From an uncultured Clostridia bacterium (GTDB taxonomy: Bacteria > Bacillota > Clostridia > Lachnospirales > Lachnospiraceae): 33,420 bases of DNA. The notes under the pieces are model-generated. The model did not search any database and was not told where the DNA came from. It was given only the letters and a program-made list of their open reading frames with translations. The stretch lies in NCBI GenBank assembly GCA_937888895.1, contig CALASV010000085.1, forward strand, positions 1 through 33,420, read 5' to 3'. Below are positions 32,685-33,420 of this stretch, piece by piece. Position 1 is the first letter of the stretch. Each line of letters starts with the position of its first letter. Made by a program: the position numbers and the translations under genes.

Positions 32685-33071
32685 ATGGCGTTTGCAGTAT
32701 GTAATGGTGCAATGTGTCAGTGTACATTTGGTGTAGCACCTTGTACCTTAGTTGTAACATCAAATCAAAAAACATTAGGTAGTGGAATGCCGATTGCTAC
32801 GATAAAAGATTATCAAGTGGCAAATTTATCAAGTTTTGGTATGTGTCAATCGTTAGCGAATCCAGCAGTAGCATCAGCAACGGCCGCTGCGCTTGGGGTA
32901 CTAACACCTCAACCTTGTACGCCAATGATTAGTGCACCTTGGGTACCGGGCAGTCCTACTGTTTTAGTGAGTGGTGCTCCTGCCTTAAATAATTCTTCCA
33001 AAGCGATGTGCAATTGGGCTGGAGTGATTAGTATTACAAATCCGGGGCAACAAACCGTACAAATTCCATAA
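32685..33071 (+). CDS. PAAR-like spike-tip protein, DUF4280 family
   Basis: 128 aa. The pattern is CNGAMCQCTFGVAPCTLVV......G.PIATIKD....NLSSFGMCQSLANP.........PQPCTPMISAPWVPGSPTVLVSGAPALNNSSKAMCNWAGVISITNPGQ. This is the DUF4280 cysteine/glycine pattern. A-rich GGA repeats form the SD. Confidence 0.85.
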   Translation: MAFAVCNGAMCQCTFGVAPCTLVVTSNQKTLGSGMPIATIKDYQVANLSSFGMCQSLANPAVASATAAALGVLTPQPCTPMISAPWVPGSPTVLVSGAPALNNSSKAMCNWAGVISITNPGQQTVQIP

Positions 33072-33088
33072 AGGAAAGGTGTTTATCT

Positions 33089-33247
33089 ATGAAACAATTA
33101 CATAACAAGAATATTACAAATTTTTACAAAAAATTAGAGGATGTTTGGCCAAGAGATGATAAATGGCATATGCATACGCATGATGTGATTTTTGGTTTTG
33201 TTTATGAAAAAGTAATGAACACCATCAATTTCACCAACTCTTGGTGA
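33089..33247 (+). pseudogene. 52-codon ORF, probably the 5-prime fragment of a truncated gene
   Basis: It has a good SD (AAGGAAAGGTG). It reads MKQLHNKNITNFYKKLEDVWPRDDKWHMHTHDVIFGF.., then runs into sequence that codes on the opposite strand and stops at 33245-33247. Confidence 0.3.
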
Positions 33248-33420
33248 TCTTGTGGTTGCTGATACTGAGAGCTTGAAATTCTTATCATTTTCAATTACTA
33301 CAGAATCTTTATCTAGGTTTATCCCATAAGTATTAAAAAGTTCTTTATTTGAAATTTCATCATTGTTTATTATTTCAAATATTTCACTTTTTGTTAATTC
33401 TGGATATTCTTGTGCTAATT
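33134..33420 (-). pseudogene. Minus-strand ORF entering from the window edge; contains a guanylate-kinase-like motif and appears 3-prime truncated
   Basis: The reverse translation is LAQEYPELTKSEIFEIINNDEISNKELFNTYGINLDKDSVVIENDKNFKLSVSATTRSPRVGEIDGVHYFFINK... The SATTR.PR.GE.DG..Y.F segment is the guanylate-kinase-type signature. After about nt 33200 the frame continues as MRMHMPFIISWPNIL and stops at 33134-33136, inside the + strand ORF. Confidence 0.35.

Noticed and set aside
1-33420. tRNA, rRNA, CRISPR, transposase/integrase or IS elements flanking the inserted cassettes.
   Set aside because: None was recognised on either strand. The intergenic space is minimal, and the few gaps contain only the hairpins and promoter-like elements listed.

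Overview
The window is AT-rich (roughly 30% G+C by eye). Every credible gene lies on the + strand in one tightly packed, operon-like array. The only exception is a minus-strand fragment at the extreme 3-prime edge.

The array encodes a phage-tail-like contractile injection system (CIS) with P2-like gene order:
- sheath and tube
- a gpE/gpE-prime-like assembly-chaperone pair joined by a canonical -1 slippery heptamer
- a second tube paralog
- a K/E-rich tape-measure-like gene, apparently split by an A10 run
- a tube-initiator-like protein, a gpD-like hub, a gpV/VgrG-like spike and a gp25/gpW wedge
- two giant baseplate-J-type proteins, a gpI-like protein and a fibre-like protein with an Ig-like end

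The cap (DUF4255-like) and PAAR-like tip (DUF4280-like) genes are present but displaced.

Most unusual feature: a five-gene cassette at 16992-28062, between the fibre-like gene and the cap gene. It encodes predicted envelope and signalling proteins:
- a membrane-anchored pseudokinase
- a multi-pass propeller-HAMP-degenerate cyclase-TPR receptor
- a single-pass protein with about 13 MORN repeats
- a secreted TolC-like protein
- a 1200-aa signal-anchored coiled-coil protein ending in a copper-amine-oxidase-N-like domain

I am not aware of this cassette in any described CIS lineage. It is my best candidate for a new CIS anchoring or triggering module.

A type II restriction-modification pair (gamma-class N6-adenine methyltransferase plus a MutH/Sau3AI-like nuclease) is nested between the cap gene and the tip gene.

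No AAA+ ATPase, recognisable toxin cargo, capsid, lysis, tRNA, rRNA, CRISPR or transposase genes were seen.

Both window edges show abrupt junctions. At the 5-prime edge, a GC-rich 55-60 nt stretch replaces the sheath N-terminus. At the 3-prime edge, two truncated convergent ORFs collide near 33200.

All family assignments come from motif recognition by eye and need HMM or structure confirmation.
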